IMG/VR virus record: IMGVR_UViG_3300032229_000930
Location: 1 to 52,372 of that record
Length of the DNA: 52,372 bases
Reading direction: 5' to 3' (one strand)
Origin: a virus
Taxonomy: Duplodnaviria > Caudoviricetes
The notes under the pieces were generated by a model that ran no database searches, had not been told where the DNA came from, and saw only the letters and a program-made list of their open reading frames with translations. This document shows positions 8,950-18,110 of the stretch, one piece after another. A program made the position numbers and the translations under genes. Each line of letters begins with the position of its first letter. Position 1 is the first letter of the stretch.

Positions 8950-9720
8950 TTACTTGGAGATGGCCTTCAGCTTCTTTCCTGTACGCTCAGCGCGCGGCAG
9001 GGCGATCCACTCACGCATCTCCTTGCCTAGAGTGAGGAGCAGATCGACCGCGAGACGGGCCTCCTCATCCTTGAGTGTGTGCCAGTCGGCATGCTCCTTG
9101 TGGGAGAGGAGAGTCGTCAGCGTGCGGAGCACCTCCTGGCGGCGCATCTCCTCGGCCTCCTCGGGAGACTTGTTGAGCACCCCAGCGAGGGGTGAATCTG
9201 AGGGAACTCGTTGATTTCCTCCGACCGGCTTCGGAGGGGAGAAGCGGTCGAGCCAGCTGCGCTGCGAGGTGCCGTTGACGAACTCCCAGAGCTCGCTCTG
9301 CTTCTGCTGCAGCTTCTCCGGGAGCTTGGAGAACTCAGTGGTGGCTAGCTCGATGAAGGAGACCTTGGCGGGAAGCTGGAAATCTCGTGCAACTGCCTCA
9401 GCGACATGGAGAAAGCGGTAGGCTGTGGCGCGTTTGATCTCTGGGGCGTTCTGCTCAAGCCAGCCATCGATTCCACCGTCCTTTGATGGGCCACGTTTAA
9501 TTTGTCCACGCGTGGACAAATTCGACCTTAGCCCCATCATCATCGCTCCGAAGCGAAGGACTTCGGTCATGCCGCCGACTGCCTTGCGGTACTGATCGGT
9601 AAGCTGAGCTCCCATCTGTTCATCGGTAAAGGTTCCCGGTGCGACGAGTGTGGATGCCGAGGTAGGCTTGTCGCTTAGTGCGCCGCCGGGAGCGGCTAAA
9701 GTGGTGGAGGTGTTTTTCAT
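8950..9720 (-). CDS. DUF3102-like DNA-binding phage protein
   Basis: GWLEQNAPEIKRATAYRFLHVAE HTH-like motif; position upstream of transposase. Confidence 0.6.
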   Translation of the reverse strand: MKNTSTTLAAPGGALSDKPTSASTLVAPGTFTDEQMGAQLTDQYRKAVGGMTEVLRFGAMMMGLRSNLSTRGQIKRGPSKDGGIDGWLEQNAPEIKRATAYRFLHVAEAVARDFQLPAKVSFIELATTEFSKLPEKLQQKQSELWEFVNGTSQRSWLDRFSPPKPVGGNQRVPSDSPLAGVLNKSPEEAEEMRRQEVLRTLTTLLSHKEHADWHTLKDEEARLAVDLLLTLGKEMREWIALPRAERTGKKLKAISK

Positions 9721-9776
9721 GGTTCGGGGTGTGGTGGGTTAGGACTGCTGAGACAGGGGGATCGGGAGGACTTGAT

Positions 9777-10034
9777 TCAGCCACGTGATGGCGTCGTCGG
9801 ACTCGGGTTGCTGGTCTTTGTTGTCTTCTTTGTGGTCCATGCGTTCGGGGTGTTAGGTTGGGGTTTTTGTTTGGGTGAGGTGCGGCGGTTGAGGAGAGCC
9901 TCGATCTCGGAGCGCTTGGCTTCGATGGCATCGAACTCCGCGTCTGTTAGCAGTCCGTGGCGTGCGGCCATTCCGTCGTAGATTGCGTCGATCTCCTTAA
10001 AGAGTTTTCCGATGAGATTTTGTTTATGACTCAT
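9777..10034 (-). CDS. Hypothetical phage protein
   Basis: Start at MSHKQNLIGK with ATGA overlap. Confidence 0.5.
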   Translation of the reverse strand: MSHKQNLIGKLFKEIDAIYDGMAARHGLLTDAEFDAIEAKRSEIEALLNRRTSPKQKPQPNTPNAWTTKKTTKTSNPSPTTPSRG

Positions 10035-10171
10035 GAGTTCATGAGGTAGGCGATGCGTGCCGCGAGGATCGCGAGCAGGGCAGTAAGGATGAGGCCGAGG
10101 AAGAAGAGCTGCCGGAGTTGTTTCCTGCGGTTCCAGTCGAGGATGACGTCGGATGGGGTATGGGTATTCAT
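10031..10171 (-). CDS. Small single-TM protein (46 aa)
   Basis: MNTHTPSD...FFLGLILTALLAILAARIAYL. Confidence 0.55.
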   Translation of the reverse strand: MNTHTPSDVILDWNRRKQLRQLFFLGLILTALLAILAARIAYLMNS

Positions 10172-10176
10172 GGGGG

Positions 10177-10437
10177 TTAGATGGTTTTTTTGTTGAGGAA
10201 GGCGATGAGCTCCGCGCGTGGGACCCGGTACATGGTCTTGGAGGCATTGGGGGAGCGGAGGTCGGTGGCCTTGAGCGCTCCCGAGTCGATGAGGTTGATC
10301 CAGTGCTGCATGGATGTTTTGAACCACATGGAGAGCCAAGGAATGGTGAAGCTCTCCATCCCGGCAGGGAGATGGTGCTGGAAGTCGAATTCCGGTGCGG
10401 TCGCGGCGTTGGTCTTCATTGCGAGCTTCACGGTCAT
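10177..10437 (-). CDS. Xis/AlpA-like HTH DNA-binding protein
   Basis: LIDSGALKA...YRVPRAELIAFL pattern of the excisionase-type HTH family. Confidence 0.7.
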   Translation of the reverse strand: MTVKLAMKTNAATAPEFDFQHHLPAGMESFTIPWLSMWFKTSMQHWINLIDSGALKATDLRSPNASKTMYRVPRAELIAFLNKKTI

Positions 10438-10440
10438 TCG

Positions 10441-10641
10441 TCAGGCAGCGGATGTTGCTCCCAGTCCGGAGCGTTCAAGTTTTTCGCGGCAAGCGGCCCG
10501 GAGGAACTTGGAGCGGTCCAGATCCATTGTCCGGACGGCGAGGTCAATCTGAACCACGAGATCCTTGGGTATCCATGTGGCGACAAACTCCGAGTCCTCC
10601 CTGCGTACTGCTCCGCGCTTCATTGGCTTCCGTTCTTTCAT
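10441..10641 (-). CDS. Ribbon-helix-helix regulator, first early gene (Ner/Cro role)
   Basis: FVATWIPKDLVVQID...DRSKFLRAACREKL, CopG/Arc-like. Confidence 0.75.
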   Translation of the reverse strand: MKERKPMKRGAVRREDSEFVATWIPKDLVVQIDLAVRTMDLDRSKFLRAACREKLERSGLGATSAA

Positions 10642-10728
10642 ATCTCAAGTAAACTGAGTTTAACCGAGATAGTCAAATAAAAATATGGGTTTTTTTGTGG
10701 ATGGGGTTAAACTGAGTCTATGAGAGAT
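10641..10728. promoter_or_regulatory. Divergent promoter region with two operators: TATCTC-AAG-TAAACTGAGTTTA-ACC-GAGATA (10641-10671) and TAAACTGAGTCTA-TGA-GAGAT (10708-10728)
   Basis: Near-palindromic repeats each abutting or overlapping the start codon of a divergent RHH gene. Confidence 0.75.
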
Positions 10729-11010
10729 CGGAAAGGCCAAGTCCTCGTGGGCTTCAAGTGCGATCCAGGATTACAGCTTGAGATTTCAAAAGCCTCGGGA
10801 GGCATTCCTGTGTCTCAGTTTCTGCGCGAGGCAATCGTCGAAAAGTTACACTCGATGGGCTTTAGTATTGATCCCACGCTGGCAAAAGCTCCCTCCCGTG
10901 CTGGGGTAGGGGGGCCAAAACCTAGGCCGAAAAAGTTAAAAAAGAAGAAATCTGCATTGGTCAAAAAACCGGAATTGTCAGACACTAGTCATATAACAGA
11001 ACCAGAATGA
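10720..11010 (+). CDS. Ribbon-helix-helix putative prophage repressor
   Basis: LVGFKCDPGLQLEI...VSQFLREAIVEKL; divergent from early operon. Confidence 0.7.
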   Translation: MRDRKGQVLVGFKCDPGLQLEISKASGGIPVSQFLREAIVEKLHSMGFSIDPTLAKAPSRAGVGGPKPRPKKLKKKKSALVKKPELSDTSHITEPE

Positions 11011-11717
11011 AAACCCTCATCACATTAATAGTTCTTTCATGGGCGTGCATCCAAAGTGCAGAAGCTCAGACGCCATCCCCAAGCATACAGATTCCTTCAA
11101 CTCTCAGCGTGGGTTCTCATGACTATAACGGCTGCATCTACAAGAAGCATGATACAGTCTATCTTTACTTCTCGCACGATGCAGGGGCAGGCAGGGTAGA
11201 GATTGCCAAGCTCCCGCCAGACATACAGAAAGGTCTTGGTTTTGATTCTGCAAAAGCTGATGAGCAGAAATCGCAGGATAGGAGCGCTGTTCTCATGCAA
11301 GTGAAATACTTGAAAGAAATTGATGCCCTAAAAAAAACTGAGATCACCTTAGAAGGTGAATACTTTTACTACCCTGAAAAACCGGAGATTGCAGGTGCCT
11401 GGATAAGGCCAAATCATGTGACACTAAGAGATGATGCGATTGTTAGCTCATCCGTAATGTTAAAAGGAGTCAGGTGCCGTTTCCGTACTTCAATACCACG
11501 AGTTTTTGTTGCTGGCATTAAGGATGCCTCAGAGGGTGAAGCATTCGAACAGTTGATCTATCCGACAGGAAGAACTGTAAGTAGGAACGATGTTCCATAC
11601 CGTCTCTTTGCAGCAACTCCTGAACTTGCTCTTTCCCTGATCAATGAAGGCAAGCTGGATGTTGCACAGGTTATTTCAGCCTGCAAAAGCACTCTTGTCC
11701 GCTCTGAGGATCTTTAA
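11007..11717 (+). CDS. Exported protein with signal peptide, co-transcribed with repressor (lysogenic-conversion candidate)
   Basis: MKTLITLIVLSWACIQSAEA signal peptide; lower GC; ATGA overlap with repressor. Confidence 0.7.
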   Translation: MKTLITLIVLSWACIQSAEAQTPSPSIQIPSTLSVGSHDYNGCIYKKHDTVYLYFSHDAGAGRVEIAKLPPDIQKGLGFDSAKADEQKSQDRSAVLMQVKYLKEIDALKKTEITLEGEYFYYPEKPEIAGAWIRPNHVTLRDDAIVSSSVMLKGVRCRFRTSIPRVFVAGIKDASEGEAFEQLIYPTGRTVSRNDVPYRLFAATPELALSLINEGKLDVAQVISACKSTLVRSEDL

Positions 11718-11968
11718 TTTTAGATCCCCACCAGGCTGCCAGTGCACCCCCCTGGTTCCAACGCGTCTTTTCCCTTATAGTTCCCACGGTTTCAAGGGTG
11801 CCCTAACCCCTTTTTGAGAAGCACGGTAATGCTTCTCTCGTGATAAACGAGTCCCCGAATTCCACAAGCACGAACCGCGCTAGCGGGGGATTCCTTTTGT
11901 CTGCCGGTCGTCCCCGACCAGGCATCATCGGCTCTGCTGAGCCTCAGACTGCGCGCCCTGCGGCGCGC

Positions 11969-12592
11969 ATGACTAAGCTGCGCACCCTGCGCACCTTTTG
12001 CCAGCGTCGCGTTCACAATGCGTTCGGGGGAACTCATGCGGCGCTGGCTCTTTTTGTTGGCGCATCCCTCCGCGTCCTGGCGGTGGCCGGACTTGTCATC
12101 ACGGCCACCGCCGCCCTCTTGCTCACCGGATGTGCCCATCCGGTTCCGATGGGCTACACCACCCCATCGGTGGCACCCGTTGCTACTGCGCTCTCGACGA
12201 CTCGCGGTGAGATCGAGCGGACGCGAGTAGCCATTGCCAAGGCAAGCGCCCGCGCAGCACGTCTTGCGATCTCTGCCCCAGAGCGTGAGGAGTTGCAGTC
12301 CTACATCGCGCAGGCTGCCGCCTCAGTGCAGGCCGCTGACAATGCCGCTTCGCTCACGCTGACGAACCTCGGGACCTTCAACGCAAGCGTCACCAACCAG
12401 ACGGCTGTGCTCAATAAGACCAGCGCACGTCTCGACTACATCGAGCCGAAGTATCAGCACTCGGTGGCTCTGATCTGGAAGTGGCGGCTGATCGCCTTCT
12501 CAGTCATCGGGGCGATCGTCGCCTTCCTCATCATCAAGTACGGCAGCCGCCTGCTCGCTACTGCCGCAGCCCTCGCCGCCCGAGTCCCATGA
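11969..12592 (+). CDS. Putative unimolecular spanin (lipoprotein with C-terminal TM)
   Basis: Lipobox LLLTG-C, helical periplasmic region, C-terminal TM (LIAFSVIGAIVAFLII); first gene of lysis cluster; start uncertain. Confidence 0.6.
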   Translation: MTKLRTLRTFCQRRVHNAFGGTHAALALFVGASLRVLAVAGLVITATAALLLTGCAHPVPMGYTTPSVAPVATALSTTRGEIERTRVAIAKASARAARLAISAPEREELQSYIAQAAASVQAADNAASLTLTNLGTFNASVTNQTAVLNKTSARLDYIEPKYQHSVALIWKWRLIAFSVIGAIVAFLIIKYGSRLLATAAALAARVP

Positions 12593-12933
12593 AGATCGTT
12601 GAGGCTCTCCTTTCCCATTAAATCCTTGTCAGCCTCGTGCTCTGGACAGTGCTGGCTTTCTGCTGGGGCATATTGCTTGCGGCGTGGAGATATGTGCCAC
12701 GAGCCGCGACGTTCGTTCGTCGTTCTATGGATGCATCCGATACCGCCTCGTCAATGCGTCTTGGGTTTTTGCAGACAATCAGCTGCTGCAGCATCTCGGC
12801 CCTGATCGGAGTCTGCCTGGAGTTTGACTGCACGGCTTTCTGGTCATGTCTCGGAGGCACCTTTGCCGCCGCCTTTGCTGCGAAGGGGTGGCAGCGTGAA
12901 ATCGAACTCTCCAACGAGGCACCCTCCGCATGA
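12589..12933 (+). pseudogene. Holin-like membrane protein with in-frame TAA at 12619-12621 (alternative GTG start 12637)
   Basis: ATG 12589 overlaps upstream stop; reads MKIVEALLSH*ILVSLVLWTVLAF; several hydrophobic segments; directly upstream of endolysin. Confidence 0.55.
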
Positions 12934-13388
12934 AGATTCTGACAGGCACACGCTATCCATGGACGGTGGAGGTGATCGACGAGGATCTCGTCGTGCGCGG
13001 GCAGGAAGCCACGTGGTTCGGCGGATCTGATGACCCGGAGGACAACGGGGAGACTGCCAGCGGTATCTCCACCAGGGCCAATACCTCCTTCCTCGGCTGC
13101 GCTCTCCCGATGGATCTCAATAGGAAGACCAATAACCCCTGCGCCGGATCCCCGCTTCCAAAGCTCCCCTGGTACACCCCGGTCGTCGTCACCAATTTGC
13201 AGAATGGGAAGACGCTCACCGTGAAGCTCATCGACCTCGGCCCCTCGGCACCACCTCGTGCCACGGCGGCGATCGATCTGACGCAGGCGGCATTCAGGGC
13301 GCTCGGTGGGAAACTCATTCAAGGCCGGCTCAAGGTCGACTTCCGCATTCCTGGAGGTTCCAAGCTCATCACCAGGAGGGTTGCATGA
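12930..13388 (+). CDS. Endolysin candidate, RlpA-like double-psi beta-barrel lytic transglycosylase
   Basis: ATWFG...GETASG...VVVTNLQNGKTLTVKLIDLGP...IDLTQAAFRALG. Confidence 0.8.
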   Translation: MKILTGTRYPWTVEVIDEDLVVRGQEATWFGGSDDPEDNGETASGISTRANTSFLGCALPMDLNRKTNNPCAGSPLPKLPWYTPVVVTNLQNGKTLTVKLIDLGPSAPPRATAAIDLTQAAFRALGGKLIQGRLKVDFRIPGGSKLITRRVA

Positions 13389-13768
13389 TCATGGCTACTG
13401 GAATCAGCGACGCTGACTTGCTCTGGCAGATCGTGAAGATCGCCATCCCGCTCGTAGGATTTGCCATCGTGCTCTGGAAGTTGGGCCGTGTGGAGACACG
13501 GAATGTCGGTCCTCAGCCATTTATCACCAAGAAGGCGGTCGAGTATGCCCTCCATGAGGACCTTCTCCGGCATACCGAGGCCAATGAGCTCCACCACCAG
13601 CGACTTGAGGAACGCCTCGCAGCATTGGAGCGCCGCCGCGAGGCCGATAAGGAAGCCATCATCTCGGCCGGGGAAGAGCGCTCACGTGGCATCCACAAGC
13701 GCATCGACATGCTCGTCTCGGCCGTCGGCCAACTCACCGGCGAAGTGAAGCACCTTTCTAGCAAATGA
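13385..13768 (+). CDS. Membrane-anchored coiled-coil protein (Mu-like pre-terminase gene)
   Basis: N-terminal TM plus coiled coil; synteny with Mu-like phages. Confidence 0.65.
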   Translation: MIMATGISDADLLWQIVKIAIPLVGFAIVLWKLGRVETRNVGPQPFITKKAVEYALHEDLLRHTEANELHHQRLEERLAALERRREADKEAIISAGEERSRGIHKRIDMLVSAVGQLTGEVKHLSSK

Positions 13769-13998
13769 TCACCACCGCGATTTTACAAACCCTCTTCAAC
13801 TGCTCCGGCAGCCCCCTGGCAGAATCCGTCCTGCTCACAGAAGTACGCTTAAGCCTCGGCAAGTGCGGTGAGCGCGAGTTCCAGTCGGCACTCGCCCGTC
13901 TGCGACTCGACAACTGGGCAGTGTCCAAGAGCGATGAACTCACCGGAGACACCCTCTGGAGCATCACCAAAAAGGGCGCTGCCCGCATGAACCCCTGA
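13765..13998 (+). CDS. Small winged-helix-like protein (Mu gp26 position)
   Basis: 77 aa, ends WSITKKG; synteny. Confidence 0.6.
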   Translation: MITTAILQTLFNCSGSPLAESVLLTEVRLSLGKCGEREFQSALARLRLDNWAVSKSDELTGDTLWSITKKGAARMNP

Positions 13999-14002
13999 AT
14001 GA

Positions 14003-14560
14003 ATGAGCGACTCACGCACCGACTCCCTGGCGGCCCGGCTCAAGCGGGCCTCTCTCTTCGACGAGTACTTCTTGTGGGTCTTCTCGGAGCGACCCTCCTT
14101 TGCAGCGCGCATGGAGTGGCTGGAGAAGCACTCCTGCAGCACCTCTGTCGGGGCAGTGCACAGGCTCCACAGGTCGCCCGAGGCGGCGGTCTGGAGAGCG
14201 GCGGAGGCAGCCAAGGCGCGCAAGGTTATGGACTCCAACCTACCGAAGGATCTGGAGGAGACGTTCCGCAAGTCGCTGCTCAATGCCCGATTCAACGAGG
14301 TGATGGGCGAGCTCTCCCACAAGGAGATGATGGATCACTATCAGCTGGAACTCGACAGCGCCCACCTGAAGCTCAAGGAGCGACAGGTCGCCCTCAAGGA
14401 GAAGATCGATCCGGCCAAGCTCGCGCAGGCCGATCGCAGGATCGCGCTGCTGGAGAATGCCGCCATCGCCGCCAAGGAGAAGCTGGCTGGGATTGTCTCC
14501 AAGGGTGGTCTCTCGCCCGAGACCTTGCAGCAGATCGAGGAGGCCGCAGGATTGCTATGA
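14003..14560 (+). CDS. Terminase small subunit candidate (Mu gp27/DUF3486 position)
   Basis: Helical protein ending GGLSPETLQQIEEAAGLL, coupled to terminase large subunit. Confidence 0.7.
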   Translation: MSDSRTDSLAARLKRASLFDEYFLWVFSERPSFAARMEWLEKHSCSTSVGAVHRLHRSPEAAVWRAAEAAKARKVMDSNLPKDLEETFRKSLLNARFNEVMGELSHKEMMDHYQLELDSAHLKLKERQVALKEKIDPAKLAQADRRIALLENAAIAAKEKLAGIVSKGGLSPETLQQIEEAAGLL

Positions 14561-15951
14561 GGCGCCCGGCCTATGTGTCCAAGGAGTTCGCGGGTGCCTG
14601 CAAGGTCTTCCCCGAGCGCGACACACTGCTGCTCGCCTACCAGGCGAAGTGGGTGCGCGACTGCTCACGCCTCTGCATGGCCGAGAAGAGCCGCCAGATC
14701 GGCTGGACCTGGGCAAGTGGCTACAAGCTGGTCTCCAAGAAATCACTCTCCGCTGCCCGGCTCGACGCCTGGATCTCCTCACGCGACGATATTCAGGCCC
14801 GCCTCTTCCTGGAGGACTGCAAGAGCTTTGCAGGATTGCTGAACCTCGGAGCGCAGGATCTCGGGGAGAAGGTGATCGATGAGTCGGGTCACTCGGCTTA
14901 CGTCCTCGCCTTTGCCAACGGGCTCCGTGCTCACAGCATGTCGAGCAATCCCGATGCCCAAGCCGGCAAGCGCGGAGACCGCGTGCTGGATGAATTCGCC
15001 CTCCATCCCGATCCCCGCAAGCTCTACTCCATCGCCTACCCCGGCATCACCTGGGGTGGGTCGCTCGATCTCTTCTCCACCCATCGCGGCACGGCCAACT
15101 TCTTCAACCAGCTGATTCAGGAGATCCGCCACAAGGGGAATCCCAAGGGGATCTCCCTGCACCGGGTCACCCTCCAGGATGCACTCGACCAGGGCTTCCT
15201 CTACAAGCTCCAGGGCAAACTCCCGCCCGACGATGAGCGCATGGCCATGGACGAGGCCGAGTACTTCGACTTCATCAAGAACGGCTGCGCCGACGAGGAA
15301 AGCTTCGCCCAGGAGTACATGTGCGTGCCCTCCGACGATGCTTCCGCCTTCCTGAGCTATGAACTGATCGACGGCTGCAAGTACAGGGCCGGTGAGAAGT
15401 GGGAACTGACCCTCTCGGAGCTTGCCGCCTGCAAGGATGAACTCTACCTCGGCGGCGACATCGCCCGCGTGAAGGATCTAACCATCTTCTGGGTCATCCG
15501 GAAGGTCGGCAGCTTCCGCCCCACCATCCACCGCATCGCCCTGCGCAACGTGGCCTTCGAGGAGCAGGAGCGTCGCCTCTACGAGTTGCTCTCGCTGCCC
15601 ACCCTCCGCCGGTCCTGCCTGGATAACTCGGGCCTTGGCCGACAGCTCGTCGAGCGTGCCCAGAAGCGATTCGGCACATTCAAGGTGGAGGCCGTGACCT
15701 TCACCGCTGCCGTCAAGGAGGAGCTGGCCTATCCGCTGCGCGCGGCCTTCGAGGACCGCACCGTCCGCATCCCTGATGACCAGACGGTGATCGCATCGCA
15801 CCGGGCCATCCGCAAGGAGACCACCAAGAGCGGGAACGTCCGATTCGTTGCTGAGCACACCGAGGCGGGCCACGCCGATGATTTCTGGGCTCATGCCCTC
15901 GCCCTGCATGCTGGCAAAGCCAACTCCACCTTCCGCGCTGATCTGATCTGA
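14557..15951 (+). CDS. Terminase large subunit (Mu gp28-like)
   Basis: LLAYQAKW, EKSRQIGWTW, VLDEFA, FAQEYMC, GGDIAR and GHADDFWA motifs; start at MRRPAY. Confidence 0.93.
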   Translation: MRRPAYVSKEFAGACKVFPERDTLLLAYQAKWVRDCSRLCMAEKSRQIGWTWASGYKLVSKKSLSAARLDAWISSRDDIQARLFLEDCKSFAGLLNLGAQDLGEKVIDESGHSAYVLAFANGLRAHSMSSNPDAQAGKRGDRVLDEFALHPDPRKLYSIAYPGITWGGSLDLFSTHRGTANFFNQLIQEIRHKGNPKGISLHRVTLQDALDQGFLYKLQGKLPPDDERMAMDEAEYFDFIKNGCADEESFAQEYMCVPSDDASAFLSYELIDGCKYRAGEKWELTLSELAACKDELYLGGDIARVKDLTIFWVIRKVGSFRPTIHRIALRNVAFEEQERRLYELLSLPTLRRSCLDNSGLGRQLVERAQKRFGTFKVEAVTFTAAVKEELAYPLRAAFEDRTVRIPDDQTVIASHRAIRKETTKSGNVRFVAEHTEAGHADDFWAHALALHAGKANSTFRADLI

Positions 15952-18110
15952 TGAACTTTTTCCAGCGCTCACTCTCCATCGGACGGGATGCCATTGCCGC
16001 TGTGCGCCGGTCCTTCATGACCGACTTCACACGCGGCCTCGACATCGAAGGCGGCATGGCCAGTGGCCTGCGCAATCCCTACCGCCACTCGGTCTGGGTG
16101 CAGTCTGCCATCGGGCTGGTCTGTCAGCCGATCAAGGCGGTGGCTCTCAAGTTCTACCTCGGGGAGACCGAGTACGAGGAGCCATCGCTGGCTGCCTGGT
16201 GGAGGAAACCAGCCGAGCGGATGAGCTACGACGAGTTCCTCGACGCCACGGCCGGATGGTTGAAGCTACGCGGGGAGTTCTTCTGGGTGCTCGATGACAC
16301 ATGGCTGGGGAAATCCTCCCGCCGCAGTCCCTTCCTGGTCGCCTCTCCCGATAAGATGCGTCATGTGGTGGTGGGTGGGGAGCTTCTCGGCTGGGTGCTG
16401 ACGGGATCCAACGGCCAGCAGATCCCGCTTCTCCCCGAGCAGGTCATCCACGAGAAGCGGTGGAATCCCGACGACGAGTGGCGCGGCCTCGGTGAGATCG
16501 AGGCGGCACGCCTCGCAGCGGAGACCGACTTCGTGGCCGGACGCTATGCCCGCGATACCTGGGCGAACCAAGGCGAGGGTGGCGAGTACATCTCCGCCAA
16601 GAATGGCTCGCTCACCGATGAGCAGCGGGATCAGGTGACTACCGCCCTCCGGGCCAAGCGGGCAGCGAAGCTGCGTGGCGACTTCCGCCCTCTCTTCTTC
16701 TCAAGCGACATCGAGGTGAAGAGCCCGACGATCACCCCTCCCGATCTGGCCTTTGCCCAGAACCGTTTGCAGTCCCGGCATGAAGTCTTCATCGCCTTCG
16801 GCGTTCCCGCCTCCATGGCGGACGTGCAGGCCAGCTACTCCATCGGCAGCGCCTCCGACTACTTCCGCCTGATCCATGGAACAAGCATCCCAGTGGCCGC
16901 GAAGATCGCTGCCGCCATCTCCCGCCTGCTTGCCATTCAGACAGGCAAGGAGATCGAGGCCTACTTCGACTTTGACGATCACCCAGTCATGCAGCAGGTC
17001 CGGAGTGAGCGGATAGATTCCGCCATCAAGCTCTGGGGCATGGGGATGCCCATGAAGGAGATCAACGGCTACCTCGACATGGGACTCAATGCCTATGCCG
17101 GATGGGAGACCGGCTATCTCCCGTTCTCCGTGCAGCCGACCGGCATTCCCCTTGCAGACCCACAGCCTGAGCCCGGCATGAATCCTGCAGAGCCGTTGGA
17201 TGATGCGGTCTCTCTCATGATCCGCAGCCTAAAGGATCCATCAGCTATAGCCGATCCCATGGCACTCCCAGCTACCCAGGAGAGCCAGGAGAGCGATTGC
17301 GGATGCGGTGATGATCCGATGCTCATCTCCGGCAAGGAGAATGATGCCTGGGCTGCTCATTGGAAAGCTCGTCAAGGCACCATCAAACTCTACCAGTCCA
17401 AGTTCAACCGGGTGCTCATGGAGGCCCGCGCCGAAGTCCTCTCACGGATCAACCGCGCTGCCAAAGCTCTCGGGGATGCAGGTTCGACGATAGTGGCCAA
17501 GGCTGTCTCCGCCGACTTCAACTTCGACCTGCAGGAGTGGGAGGATGGTCTGATCGTCGAGATGAACAAGGCCGGTCGCGAAGCCCTCCAGACGGCAGGC
17601 CAGCAGTGCTTTGCAGAGATCGGGAAGGATGATGCCTGGAGCATGCCACCTGCCAAGGCGATCAACTACCTCAAGAGCCGCGAGAACTTCTTCTCAGACC
17701 TGGCCGACTCCATCCACACCCAGATCATGGGCTCCCTGGAGGAAGGGCTGCGCAGCGGCGACACGATGGAGGAGCTGGCCGGGAGGATCCGCAGCGAGTT
17801 CACCGGGATCTCCGCCCAGCGTGCCATGCGCATCGCCTCGACCGAGACAGGTGCCGCCTACGGGGCAGCACGTCAGGAGGCGCTTTCCCAGTCCGGTGTC
17901 AGCTTCAAGAAATGGCTCTCCAGTGGCAATGCCTCCGTGCGCCCCACCCACCACATGGCCAGCGGCCAGATCGTCAAGGTAAGCGATCCCTTCGTCGTCG
18001 GCGGTGCCAAGCTCATGCATCCGAGCGACGGCAGCCTGGGAGCACCCGCACAGGAAATCATCAACTGCCACTGCGTGGCGATCGCGACACGGGAGAATCC
18101 CCAGTCATGA
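15951..18110 (+). CDS. HK97-type portal protein fused to MuF/SPP1 gp7 minor head domain
   Basis: EQVIHEKRWNP..WRGLG and IAFGVP portal motifs; C-terminal RAMRIASTET, KKWLSS, VRPTH and EIINCHC MuF motifs. Confidence 0.85.
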   Translation: MNFFQRSLSIGRDAIAAVRRSFMTDFTRGLDIEGGMASGLRNPYRHSVWVQSAIGLVCQPIKAVALKFYLGETEYEEPSLAAWWRKPAERMSYDEFLDATAGWLKLRGEFFWVLDDTWLGKSSRRSPFLVASPDKMRHVVVGGELLGWVLTGSNGQQIPLLPEQVIHEKRWNPDDEWRGLGEIEAARLAAETDFVAGRYARDTWANQGEGGEYISAKNGSLTDEQRDQVTTALRAKRAAKLRGDFRPLFFSSDIEVKSPTITPPDLAFAQNRLQSRHEVFIAFGVPASMADVQASYSIGSASDYFRLIHGTSIPVAAKIAAAISRLLAIQTGKEIEAYFDFDDHPVMQQVRSERIDSAIKLWGMGMPMKEINGYLDMGLNAYAGWETGYLPFSVQPTGIPLADPQPEPGMNPAEPLDDAVSLMIRSLKDPSAIADPMALPATQESQESDCGCGDDPMLISGKENDAWAAHWKARQGTIKLYQSKFNRVLMEARAEVLSRINRAAKALGDAGSTIVAKAVSADFNFDLQEWEDGLIVEMNKAGREALQTAGQQCFAEIGKDDAWSMPPAKAINYLKSRENFFSDLADSIHTQIMGSLEEGLRSGDTMEELAGRIRSEFTGISAQRAMRIASTETGAAYGAARQEALSQSGVSFKKWLSSGNASVRPTHHMASGQIVKVSDPFVVGGAKLMHPSDGSLGAPAQEIINCHCVAIATRENPQS

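Noticed and set aside
13999-14556. N-terminal extension of the 650-aa terminase ORF
   Set aside because: Overlaps the small-terminase gene in another frame; the real start is the coupled ATG at 14557
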